From Nitrospiraceae bacterium (GTDB lineage: Bacteria; Nitrospirota; Nitrospiria; Nitrospirales; Nitrospiraceae): a DNA stretch of 64,000 nt. The DNA is taken from contig JBFWWG010000001.1 in the NCBI GenBank assembly GCA_050246315.1, positions 160,001 to 224,000 of the forward strand. Direction: 5' to 3'. Below the pieces are notes generated by a model. That model saw only the letters and a program-made list of their open reading frames with translations. It made no database searches and had not been told where the DNA came from. The position numbers and the translations under genes were made by a program. How positions within the stretch are numbered: the first letter of the stretch is position 1; every line of letters starts with the position of its first letter. Shown here in pieces: positions 18,845 to 27,637 of the stretch.

Positions 18845-20095
18845 TTACTTCGCATCCCGGGCACAGCGGAAGCCTTCGAACCCTTCACCGGCCCGAGCAT
18901 ACTTTCGGATCTGATAGTCAATCTGCGATCCTTCCATTGGTTTCGCTCGGAACGCGCTCAGACTCCCTCGGATCGTTTTCTCGCGTTGATCGCCGGGACC
19001 GGCGGAGAATCTCGACTCCTGGTAGGGACTGGATGTCCATTCCGTGACATTCGGGTCAAGGATGCGGCCCTCGGTATCATGCGCCGCCTTTTCCCATTCG
19101 TCCTCGGTGGGCAGCCGCTTTCCAGCCCATTTGCAGAAAGCCACGGCGTCGTACCATCCCACGTCATCCACGGCTAGGTTGTGATCGCCGGACCAGTCGC
19201 GCGCTTCCCCGGAGGCTCCCGTGACAGGGCGGCCGGTCGTTTCCACAAATTCCTTGAAGCGTTTGACGGTCACCAGACTCTTATCGATGTAAAAATCATC
19301 GGCGACATAGAGACTGGCGGAAGCAGCATCGACCTCCTCGACGAATCCTCCACCGTAGACCGCTACGATCTTGGTCGGAATACGTCCGGCCCGGATCAGC
19401 ACCATCGGCGCGCCGTCTTTGCCGGTGATCTCCCTCATCGCTGTGCCTTCCGGCATGACCTGCCAGCCTTTCAACGCCACCTCAAGGATGGCCGAAGGCA
19501 CCGCATAGCCCATTCGGTCTCGGGCATCGGTCACGACACCCACAACGGTCCCGGCACGAAGCACCGGGCTTCCTGAATGGCCCTCCTCGATCAGGGCCTG
19601 AAAGGACAGCTCCGGTCCTTTGAGTCCGTTCAGACTGCCGGTCGAAACGGCCCAAGGCGCCAATGTCCGTGGAAACCCGATGAGCGTGATCGGTTCGCCG
19701 CCGGTTATCTGGCCGACGCGATCGATCGTCAGCGCGATCAGGCCTTCAGGGAGCGGACCGGAGACAAGCAATGAGGCGAGACCCTTCTGGTTCTGGCTCT
19801 CGATGCCGATGAGACGGGCGGGGAAGCTCTGTTGAGGCTGGGGATAGAATGTGACCTGCGGCCGAGGATCGCCTTCGATGACGTGGGAGGCGGTGACGAG
19901 ATAGGCGGCACCCTTTTCCAGCCGGACGATGAACCCGCTCCCGACCTTCGGCTGCTGCCCCTCGACCTGCGCCGTGATCCTTACCACACCGCTCTTGAGG
20001 TCTTCGATGTCCTGAGCCCGGAGAAACTGGGAAGGCAGGAACAGGATTAGAATCGCAACAAACGCCCTGATGAAGACCGTTCGCGAAAAGGGCAC
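18845..20095 (-). CDS. Exported trypsin-like peptidase with a degenerate C-terminal FGE-sulfatase domain (start uncertain)
   Basis: Signal-peptide-like segment ending LRA-QD; TASHVI and GHSGSPV; FGE motifs [25 protein letters not shown] and GFRCA. Confidence 0.8.
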   Translation of the reverse strand: MPFSRTVFIRAFVAILILFLPSQFLRAQDIEDLKSGVVRITAQVEGQQPKVGSGFIVRLEKGAAYLVTASHVIEGDPRPQVTFYPQPQQSFPARLIGIESQNQKGLASLLVSGPLPEGLIALTIDRVGQITGGEPITLIGFPRTLAPWAVSTGSLNGLKGPELSFQALIEEGHSGSPVLRAGTVVGVVTDARDRMGYAVPSAILEVALKGWQVMPEGTAMREITGKDGAPMVLIRAGRIPTKIVAVYGGGFVEEVDAASASLYVADDFYIDKSLVTVKRFKEFVETTGRPVTGASGEARDWSGDHNLAVDDVGWYDAVAFCKWAGKRLPTEDEWEKAAHDTEGRILDPNVTEWTSSPYQESRFSAGPGDQREKTIRGSLSAFRAKPMEGSQIDYQIRKYARAGEGFEGFRCARDAK

Positions 20096-20282
20096 GCGAG
20101 TGAACCTAATCCGAAAACAATCGAGGCCCCACAACCCCGTATTTCCTTCGCCCCATGTGGGGAGAGGGGAGGGGGAGGGGCACATCCTCGCGGCTCCACC
20201 CTCACCTGTTTCCTCTCCCTCCGCACCCGTTGCATTGAGGAGAGCACAGGGTACCCGGCTGGCGGACTTTTTCAACATCTTG

Positions 20283-21353
20283 CTACTGACGTTCTAAGGC
20301 GAAAGAGCCGGAGTTGCCGTTACTGCAGGTCAGATAACCCTGGATCATTTTTCCGCCGTCAGCGACTTCGGAGGTAAAATCGCAACCCACACCCTGGTAG
20401 ACCTGCGACGCCAGGCGTCCGGCAAAGACATTGCCCTGCACCTGGCCTTGCATCACGCCGGCATCGCCTGCATTGTCGGCATAGGTGCCGCTGACCTGAT
20501 CGCCAGTTTGTTGATAGGTCGTTTGGATGACGGATGTGCCTCCCAACAGGGTCATCGCAAAGCCCTGATACGTGCCAGACACCAATCCTATTGCCGGCCC
20601 ACTTGGCGTTGCCGGCGGTGCCGTCATGACCGGTTCCAGTCGATTTTCAGGAGTGGGTTTCGATGGCGGCTTCGGTTCCTCCGAGAGCCGCACACCCCAG
20701 CTATCCAAGGCAAACCTCGCCACCACGGCGGGTACGGCGGTGTTAAACTTGGCCCCCACCTGCGTCACAATGCCCACGACCCTGCCTTGGAACAAGACCG
20801 GCCCACCCGAGTTGCCCTCATCGGCTGTGCCTGAGAAGGAGAGGGCACTCCCCCGGCGACCCGAAAGCGTGCCCGTGGTCACTGTCCACATAGACCCTTC
20901 CGCGCGTGGGAAGCCGATCAAGGTAATGGGTTCGCCTCCGCTGACGGCAGCCGTCTGGTCGAGAGTCAAGGCCACGAGATCGGCGGGAAGCTTTCCTTCG
21001 ACGAGAATTGCAGCTAATCCGGCCGGATCGCCTCCCTCCAGCCCCAGCACGCGAGCGCGGAAGGAGCGGTGCGGCGCGGCCCAGAAAAACACGTTCGGCT
21101 GTGGATCGCCTTCGATGACATGGGAAGCCGTCACGATGTAGACATGGTCCTCCTCCACCTTGACGACGACCCCGGAACCGACCCGATTCGTGCCTTCCAC
21201 CTGCGCCGTGATCTTCACGACGCCTTTCTTGACCTGGGCGATGTCCTGAGCCAGAACCGGGTCGGGGAACGAGGCGAAGTAGAGGGAGAGCAAGAGGATA
21301 GGAACGAAAGTCACCAACCGCCGAGGCAAATCCAAGTCAATCGAGTGGGGCAT
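20283..21353 (-). CDS. Exported trypsin-like peptidase with Pro-rich linker and unknown beta-rich C-terminal domain
   Basis: Signal-peptide-like segment ending VLA-QD; TASHVI, GNSGGPV; clear paralog of the neighbouring protease domains. Confidence 0.82.
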   Translation of the reverse strand: MPHSIDLDLPRRLVTFVPILLLSLYFASFPDPVLAQDIAQVKKGVVKITAQVEGTNRVGSGVVVKVEEDHVYIVTASHVIEGDPQPNVFFWAAPHRSFRARVLGLEGGDPAGLAAILVEGKLPADLVALTLDQTAAVSGGEPITLIGFPRAEGSMWTVTTGTLSGRRGSALSFSGTADEGNSGGPVLFQGRVVGIVTQVGAKFNTAVPAVVARFALDSWGVRLSEEPKPPSKPTPENRLEPVMTAPPATPSGPAIGLVSGTYQGFAMTLLGGTSVIQTTYQQTGDQVSGTYADNAGDAGVMQGQVQGNVFAGRLASQVYQGVGCDFTSEVADGGKMIQGYLTCSNGNSGSFALERQ

Positions 21354-21436
21354 CCTTCTGCATCCCAATCAACGCGATGTTGGAATGACCATTGTAGTTG
21401 AGCATGATCTCATAAACCACCAAGCCGGCCAAGCAC

Positions 21437-21671
21437 TGGCACGCGCACCAGATGACCGATGTTCGAAAAGACACCTGGAGTCTTCACGTCACACGGAACT
21501 GGCGCCTGACCTACCGAGTCGACACCGGCGAACAGGAGAACCGCGACGTAACTAGAGAGGGGTCATGCCGTGCGGATGTAGTCGTCCTGTGACATCGCCC
21601 GCACCAGAAAGCGAGCACGGACCATCAAGGTTCGGCGCTACCTCCACACGGCAGAGGCTCCGGCGCGGTAG
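21437..21671 (+). pseudogene. Fused remnants of HigB toxin and HigA antitoxin C-termini
   Basis: Translates to WHAHQMTDVRKDTWSLHVTRNWRLTYRVD (HigB-like), then RM*SSCDIARTRKRARTIKVRRY (HigA-like); no starts, internal stop. Confidence 0.7.
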
Positions 21672-21754
21672 CATGCCGTGATCTTCCCGCCGGCCGCCTG
21701 TCCATTCATGCCGATTCATTCGACACATCACCCATTCATCCCTGGCGAGATTCT

Positions 21755-21963
21755 CCGCTCGTCTTGAGCATCATTCTCGGTCGTCCTGAGCTTCATCTCC
21801 GTTGGTCCTAAGCTTCCTCTCCGCTCGTCCTGAGCTTCATCTCCGTTCGTCCTGAGCTTCATCTCCGTTCGTCCTGAGCTTCATCTCCGTTCGTCCTGAG
21901 CTTCATCTCCGTTCGTCCTGAGCTTCATCTCCGTTCGTCCTGAGCCAGTCGAAGGACGAACGG
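21755..21963. repeat. 22-bp tandem array (CCGTTCGTCCTGAGCTTCATCT, 8 units) ending in a REP-like hairpin
   Basis: Four identical units at 21843-21930, four degenerate units at 21755-21842, terminal 11-bp stem ccgttcgtcct/aggacgaacgg at 21931-21963. Confidence 0.92.
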
Positions 21964-21997
21964 CCTCCGGACGCACTGTTCAGAGGCTGCGGTGAGC

Positions 21998-22288
21998 CTA
22001 TCGAGTCGGACGCTCCCCTCTCGCCAAGCGAGAGACTTCCGCCCAATCCCCCCGCATCATGGCTTCCTTCTTCTTGCGGCTCCAGCCCTTGATCCGCCGT
22101 TCAGAAGCCAAGGCCTCCTCCCGGGTTGAAAACACCTCGGAGTAGAGGAGCGTTATTGGGCATCTCGTCGCCGTGTAGCCGGTCACCTGGCCGGTATGAT
22201 GTTCGGCCAGACGCTTTTCCAGATCATCGGTATGCCCGGTATAGTACGCCCCGTCGGCGCAGCGCAAGACATACACCCAGAAACTCAT
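21998..22288 (-). CDS. Stand-alone GIY-YIG nuclease (YhbQ/UPF0213-like)
   Basis: WVYVLRCADGAYYTGHT..L..R...H, EALASERRIKGWSRKKK. Confidence 0.92.
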   Translation of the reverse strand: MSFWVYVLRCADGAYYTGHTDDLEKRLAEHHTGQVTGYTATRCPITLLYSEVFSTREEALASERRIKGWSRKKKEAMMRGDWAEVSRLARGERPTR

Positions 22289-22304
22289 GGCACTCGTCCG
22301 GAAT

Positions 22305-22497
22305 TACTGTCGTGCCCCACACATGTGTTCATAATCCGTTCGTGCTGAGCCCTTCGATCAACCAACCGTTCGTCCTGAGGCTCTCGAAGGAGACGGTTGG
22401 TGTTCTCAGGACAGGCCCTTCGACTCGCTCAGGACAGGCCCTTCGACCGGCTCAGGGCGAACGGATTATGACCGGAACCTACGGGACGCAACCCTGG
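22305..22497. repeat. MITE-like shell with nested REP-like palindromes (copy A)
   Basis: Inverted repeat tcataatccgttcg/cgaacggattatga; internal CCCTTCGACnnGCTCAGG units; right end resembles the terminal repeat of copy B. Confidence 0.72.
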
Positions 22498-22509
22498 CTC
22501 ATGGTTCGA

Positions 22510-22686
22510 CTAGTGTTGCGTCCCAGAAGTCCGTTCGTGGTGAGCTTATCGAACCCTGCGGTGAGCTCAGTCGAACCGCATGAACGGAACTCCTTGAACG
22601 TGCGCCCTTCGACCGGCTCAGGACAGGCCCTTCGACTGGCTCAGGGCGAACGGATTGTTACCGGAATTTGTGGGACGCTACACTGG
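22510..22686. mobile_element. MITE-like element with terminal inverted repeats carrying REP-like cores (copy B)
   Basis: Ends ctagtgttgcgtcccagaa / ttgtgggacgctacactgg are imperfect inverted repeats; internal CCGTTCGTGGTGAGC and CCCTTCGACnGGCTCAGG. Confidence 0.72.
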
Positions 22687-22777
22687 CACCAGGAGCCGCC
22701 GATCGGAGCTTGTTGGCCCCTTGCGAGAAACGCCGAAGAACAAGAGAAAAGGGAACAGGGATATAGGGTAAAGGGAA

Positions 22778-24136
22778 TCACCGAACGTCCTGGGCACAGC
22801 GGAACCCGACGTCGCGGTTCCTGCCCATCGGGGTGTACCAGTCCCGGTCCGTGGCTCGCAACCCGGCCGCGAGGCTGTTCCACGACCCACCGCGGATCAC
22901 CTTGCTGTCCCCCCGGTCATAATCCGAACTCGTCCACTCCCACACGTTGCCGGCCAGGTCATGAATCCCATAGGGACTCACGCCCGCCTCATGGCTCCCA
23001 ATCACCCCCAAGGTCCCATAGCCATTCCACTTTGTGTTAAACAGCGCATGCCGACTGGTGGGTTCCTCGTTGCCCCACGGGTACCTCCGGCCGTCGGTGC
23101 CGCGGGCCGCCTTCTCCCACTCCTGCTCGGTCGGCAACCGTTTGCCGTAATGCTTGCAGTAGGCATCCGCATCGTGCCACGTAACATTGACGACGGGTCG
23201 GTCGCCACTTCCCACCAAGGCGACCTGTTGCGACCATTCCTCTGGCTCCGAACGACGGGTCGCTTGCAGGAAAGCGGCATACAGCCTCGTGCTGACTTCA
23301 AACTTGTCTATGTAGAAGGCCGACAGCGACAGCTTCTGATTGTCGTCCCCATACAGGAACTCCCCTTCCGGTACCAACATCATCGGCGCACCGTCCTTGC
23401 CGGTGATCTCACGATCCAGGACCAGTTGCCGCGGTTCCAGTTTGGCCGTCTCAACAGGGGGAGGCGAGGGTTCGGGAGCGGTCGATGCCGTGCTCGTGCG
23501 TTCCCGAGCCATGATGCCGAAGCCCCGAATATACGCTTCGACCCTGTCGGCTGTCAGGCCGCGGCCGGATACCTCTGTCGCCATCACAATCCCAATGACT
23601 TTGCCTTGCCGAATGATCGGACCACCGGAATTCCCAGTGTCAACGGTGGGGGAGAAAAAGATGTCGCTCGCTAAACTCGATCCGACGCTTCCCTTGATCA
23701 CATGCCACGGGCCCGTACCTCGTGGAAATCCAATCACAATGATGTCTTCTCCGGCTGAAAACTTCCTTGTTCCATCGAGCGCCAATGCGGTGATCCCGGT
23801 CGGTAGATTCTGTCTACCCTTCACCAACAGCAATGCCAAACCTCTCATTTCATCATCGCCTTCAGCCCCGCGCAGTACTTCGGCCGGCACCAGGACATGT
23901 TTCTTGGTGAAGAATTCGACCTTGGGGTTGGGATCTGCTGCTACCACATGGGCCGCTGTGAGGATGTATGCCGCATCACTCTCCAAGCGAACGATAATGC
24001 CCGTTCCTGGCCGCTTAGACTCAACTCTGACCACCCCTGATTGCAGACCCGCGACGTCCTGAGCACACACGAAGCCACTTTGGGCCACTCCAAGAATCAT
24101 AACCAGGCAGGCCACAACAATGATTCGGACCCTCAC
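22778..24136 (-). CDS. Exported trypsin-like peptidase fused to an intact FGE-sulfatase (C-type lectin fold) domain
   Basis: GTG start overlapping the TIR gene stop (GTGA); signal-peptide-like segment ending VCA-QD; TAAHVV, GNSGGP; RLPTEQEWEKAARG, YPWG, DLAGNVWEW, RGGSW, GFRCA. Confidence 0.87.
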   Translation of the reverse strand: MRVRIIVVACLVMILGVAQSGFVCAQDVAGLQSGVVRVESKRPGTGIIVRLESDAAYILTAAHVVAADPNPKVEFFTKKHVLVPAEVLRGAEGDDEMRGLALLLVKGRQNLPTGITALALDGTRKFSAGEDIIVIGFPRGTGPWHVIKGSVGSSLASDIFFSPTVDTGNSGGPIIRQGKVIGIVMATEVSGRGLTADRVEAYIRGFGIMARERTSTASTAPEPSPPPVETAKLEPRQLVLDREITGKDGAPMMLVPEGEFLYGDDNQKLSLSAFYIDKFEVSTRLYAAFLQATRRSEPEEWSQQVALVGSGDRPVVNVTWHDADAYCKHYGKRLPTEQEWEKAARGTDGRRYPWGNEEPTSRHALFNTKWNGYGTLGVIGSHEAGVSPYGIHDLAGNVWEWTSSDYDRGDSKVIRGGSWNSLAAGLRATDRDWYTPMGRNRDVGFRCAQDVR

Positions 24137-25674
24137 CGCTTGAACTCCTTCCAGAGCCGAAAGGCGCCGAGGCTGGTGGTGAACACGGCCACGATGATGG
24201 TGAAGAACACCGCCAACTTGGCGTTGTGCCACAGCGCGTCGAACGCCGTAAGCCGGTGTTTCTGAATCGGAAGCTGGCCCGTTTTCGTGCGGATCTGCTT
24301 GGCCAGGCCATTGCCGACCACCGCCAGTCCCTTGCCGTCAGGCGACAGTGCGATGCGCTCGATGGTGAATTTCTCCAGCCGCTCCAAGCCAATGGCCTCA
24401 TCCTCTTTGAGCGGCAGGCTGCCGAGATGCGGATAATCGGGGAAGCTGATCGTACCTTGCCCAGTCAGCGCGCTGACTCGCTCGCCGGATGTCTCCTGCT
24501 TGGTGAAATCCAATGTTGTCACAGGTATGCCGCTGAGGAGCGAGGTTGCCGTCTCTCGTGAGGCAAAACTCGGCGAGAGGATCAGTCCATCCGATGCCGC
24601 AGCTATCTCCATCCAGGAGACTCGGTCCGGCAGGGTAATCCGATAGGTCAGCTCGTCCTGTTTCTGAAACGGAACGTCAGTCACGCCGCGTAGCTCTGCA
24701 TGGTCGGCAATCAATCGGAACGGATCATGAATCGAGAGGGCGACGGTCTCCTGTCCCGCGACCTTGATTGTGAGCCCCTCGTGGCTGCGCCCGCGTGTTG
24801 CCAACATGACGCGCGTTCCCGGCGCCACCGGCAGGGGGTCGAGCCGGATGGTTTCCTTGCCCGCGGTGAGTCCCTCCACCGTCACCCGTGGATGGCGCGT
24901 ACTGTCCTTGACGCTCACGGTGACCTTGGAGTTCGTGGCGGTCAGGGGCTTCCAGGCCGATGGCGGAAAGTCATCCGTTTCGACCTGATATTGCGACGGA
25001 TCGGCCACTTCGATCCGTTCCGGTTCAAAGGCCATCGTGGCAAACTTCTCGATGGCGATCGAGCGGAGCCCGATCCCGCCCAAGGTCGTCTTGCCTTGCC
25101 CCGTCGCCCCGACCTCAAACTCCACCCGTTCCGTGGTCAGTTCGACTTGGACCCGCGCGGCAAGAGGCCACAGCATAAGCCCAACCGCCACGATCGCCGC
25201 TATGGCCGTCGGCAGACTCACGAGCCAGAATGGATGCATTCGTTTCCACCAAGGCCTCTGACCGATTTGGACTTGCCTTGGCGGACTCTTGACGAGTCGT
25301 TCGATATCTTTGAGGAGTTGCGAAAATCCAGGATGATCGATGCCCGCTTCCCAATCCACGAGGGATTGAAAGGTCCGTTGGGTAAAGCCGAGCGGGATGT
25401 CGCTCTTGTCAATTTTGACGGGGAGATATTTTTCTTGATTCTTGGCTTCGGCAGCTTCCGCTTGAACCCACTCGGACTCGACGGATTGTTCGGACCACAC
25501 GACAATCGCGCATTTCGCTGCTCCGAGTTCCTGCCTGATGACGGTGTTGAACGATCCGCCGGTTGGAATGTTGCGATCCCACCAGACGGACCAGCCATAG
25601 GTTCCCAATGTCTTGGCAAGCTTCTCGACCCAGGGACGGTCCTTGCTCGAATAGCTGATGAAGATGTCGCTCAT
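24133..25674 (-). CDS. Membrane-anchored TIR domain protein (TIR-TM-extracytoplasmic domain-TM)
   Basis: DIFISYSSKD, WWD, VVWSEQSVESEWVQAE; hydrophobic helices at about aa 150-172 and at the C-terminus. Confidence 0.87.
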   Translation of the reverse strand: MSDIFISYSSKDRPWVEKLAKTLGTYGWSVWWDRNIPTGGSFNTVIRQELGAAKCAIVVWSEQSVESEWVQAEAAEAKNQEKYLPVKIDKSDIPLGFTQRTFQSLVDWEAGIDHPGFSQLLKDIERLVKSPPRQVQIGQRPWWKRMHPFWLVSLPTAIAAIVAVGLMLWPLAARVQVELTTERVEFEVGATGQGKTTLGGIGLRSIAIEKFATMAFEPERIEVADPSQYQVETDDFPPSAWKPLTATNSKVTVSVKDSTRHPRVTVEGLTAGKETIRLDPLPVAPGTRVMLATRGRSHEGLTIKVAGQETVALSIHDPFRLIADHAELRGVTDVPFQKQDELTYRITLPDRVSWMEIAAASDGLILSPSFASRETATSLLSGIPVTTLDFTKQETSGERVSALTGQGTISFPDYPHLGSLPLKEDEAIGLERLEKFTIERIALSPDGKGLAVVGNGLAKQIRTKTGQLPIQKHRLTAFDALWHNAKLAVFFTIIVAVFTTSLGAFRLWKEFKR

Positions 25675-25701
25675 GGGCGAGACTCAGGTCTCGATGGCAC
25701 A

Positions 25702-26475
25702 CTACCGTGCTGTAGGCCGGTGAAAGAACCGCACGGTCTGTTGCAGGGGCTGATTCGTGTCGAGAAAATAGCCGTTACAGACCAGGGAGTACTGGCCTTC
25801 CCTCGCGCCTCCCGCGTCCCACCGCACGGTGAAGGGACGGCCGCCGGGAATGCGGCGAAACGATTGTGTCATGCGCTCCGACGGTTCACCTTCCCGATAG
25901 ATTTTGCAGGACAGCCGCGCATCTCCGTTGGTTTTCATCGTGAAGAAATACCCGCCGATCTTCTCGGGCGGCTTCCTGTGATAGAGAATTGCCGGCGCAA
26001 TGTCCTCAACCGAGGCCGGCGTGTCCTTCTTGAGACGAATCAACACGCCTAGATCGTATACGTTGAGCTTCTGATCCAACTGCCGCAGCACCGTTCCCGT
26101 CGGCCAGGTGAACTCATTCACCTCATTGGCCTGCCACCGCCTTGGTGGTTTCACGTTGTTGTCGAGCCAATAGTACAGGCGGTAATCCTGTTCCCTGACG
26201 GTCAGATGAACAGGAGTCTGGCCTTGGAGGTAGAAGGCCACCCGAAGCTGGTCTGGCAGTTGCTCGGCAGGCTCCTGGTAATCGACCAGGGCGGAGATCA
26301 CCTCGATATCATAGCCGGAAACCGGCTTGGGCCTGATGCCTTCGTTGTAATCTCCGCGCTTTTGATAATCCAGGCTTGATTCGGCGCCAACAGCCTGAGG
26401 CAGCAGGAAGAGAACAAGAAGGAAAAGGACCTGTGTGAACTTGAGAACCATGGCAGACACCGAAGGGCGGGTCAT
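25702..26475 (-). CDS. Hypothetical secreted protein
   Basis: Signal-peptide-like N-terminus (VLFLLVLFLLPQAVGA), beta-rich body, 27 bp upstream of the TIR gene. Confidence 0.78.
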   Translation of the reverse strand: MTRPSVSAMVLKFTQVLFLLVLFLLPQAVGAESSLDYQKRGDYNEGIRPKPVSGYDIEVISALVDYQEPAEQLPDQLRVAFYLQGQTPVHLTVREQDYRLYYWLDNNVKPPRRWQANEVNEFTWPTGTVLRQLDQKLNVYDLGVLIRLKKDTPASVEDIAPAILYHRKPPEKIGGYFFTMKTNGDARLSCKIYREGEPSERMTQSFRRIPGGRPFTVRWDAGGAREGQYSLVCNGYFLDTNQPLQQTVRFFHRPTAR

Positions 26476-26498
26476 GAGCCACAGATGCGATCGAAATC

Positions 26499-26653
26499 AG
26501 AAGTCATTTCAAAACCCTCCGCCCACCCGGTTCGATCAACTCACCGCAGGCTTCGACGGGCTCAGAGCGAACGGACATGCTCATGAAAACATCCTATTTC
26601 TCCGTTCGTGCTGAGCCTGTCGAAGCACGGTCACGAGGTTTGATATGACTTCT
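26499..26653. mobile_element. MITE-like element with REP-like core
   Basis: Terminal inverted repeats agaagtcatttcaaaacc / ggtttgatatgacttct; internal inverted pair gcttcgacgggctcagagcgaacgga / tccgttcgtgctgagcctgtcgaagc. Confidence 0.75.
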
Positions 26654-26830
26654 AGCTCGCTGGCCTGGATTGGGCGGTAGTGTAGCGGATATGGGTACGT
26701 GAATCTAGCGAGCTAAAACGGACTTGGGCAGGATGAGAGAGAAATACGTGTATTTCGGGGAGCTTTCCTTAATCGCTTCGAACCGGGGGGCGCCGGATTG
26801 GGCCAGGCCTTCGTCCTGATCTCATTCGAT

Positions 26831-27247
26831 TCACGGTTTGAGATCAAAGCTCGGGCAGTGTCGTGGACGAACCAAAGAGAAATGTCGTCGATCCGTTGTC
26901 AACAATTCATTGATCTTGAGCCGTTCCGCCACGGCCACAACCGAGGCGTCCACAAATCCGAGAGCGGCGTCTGAATATTTCGCCATCACCTCGACGGTTC
27001 GCGTCAGATCGTGAATACTCAAAAATTCGACCTTCACTTCCTTTCGATGCAGGGAACGGGCGAATTCTATCTCCACGTGTGCACCTAAATGAGCATCGAT
27101 CAAATAGCACGCCTCCGGCAGCACCGTGATCGGCACAATGAGGCGTCGAGGGAGAGCCGTCAAGAACGCGACGATACGCTCATGCCAACTGTCATCCCGA
27201 TCAACCATGGCGTACAAAGGACCAGTGTCCACCAGAATGGGCTTCAT
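26831..27247 (-). CDS. vapC: PIN domain toxin (VapC family)
   Basis: ILVDTG, E, FVDAS, LTTDRRHF acidic PIN motifs; ATGA overlap with the antitoxin. Confidence 0.9.
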   Translation of the reverse strand: MKPILVDTGPLYAMVDRDDSWHERIVAFLTALPRRLIVPITVLPEACYLIDAHLGAHVEIEFARSLHRKEVKVEFLSIHDLTRTVEVMAKYSDAALGFVDASVVAVAERLKINELLTTDRRHFSLVRPRHCPSFDLKP

Positions 27248-27483
27248 TTCTTCAATTTATGGGGAGCGGTCCAGAGAAGCTCTTCGACCCGTTCGGCAAT
27301 ATCTTTTCTCCCGCTTCTCCCGATGCCGAGAAACGATGGGAGGGCTCCTGAGCCCTGATGTCTATCGACAAATTCTTCCAGCGCGCGCCGAATGGCACCC
27401 GATAGGCTGATGCGCTCTTTCTTCGCGATGTGTCTCAACGCGTCCAACAAGGCCTCATCGGCAAAAATAGTCGTTCGTTTCAT
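27244..27483 (-). CDS. vapB: Ribbon-helix-helix (CopG-type) antitoxin
   Basis: MKRTTIF...A.....SLSGAIRRALEEF RHH pattern, upstream of the PIN gene. Confidence 0.85.
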   Translation of the reverse strand: MKRTTIFADEALLDALRHIAKKERISLSGAIRRALEEFVDRHQGSGALPSFLGIGRSGRKDIAERVEELLWTAPHKLKK

Positions 27484-27637
27484 GCATACACCAACGTATG
27501 CGATATAGTACAATTGTACGCATACATCGTCAAGGCTGGAAATTTCACAGGCTGCTCGTGCAACCGGCAAGAGACACGGGACTGATGGAAGCTCCGGCCA
27601 CGATGGTGGTGAACCGATGGTGCTTCAGAACTTCGTT

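Noticed and set aside
20096..20278. Extended N-terminus MLKKSAS... of the 477-aa ORF
   Set aside because: Made of intergenic repeat sequence; the signal-peptide-like segment starts further downstream
21755..21963. CRISPR array
   Set aside because: Units are head-to-tail with no unique spacers, and there are no cas genes in the window
18845..24136. Complete diversity-generating retroelement
   Set aside because: No reverse transcriptase and no template repeat matching the FGE 3' ends seen in the window
24700..26052. Long antisense ORFs (also 36545-37786, 50354-51487, 9985-10881, 27617-28510)
   Set aside because: Shadow frames opposite well-supported genes, typical of GC-rich codon usage
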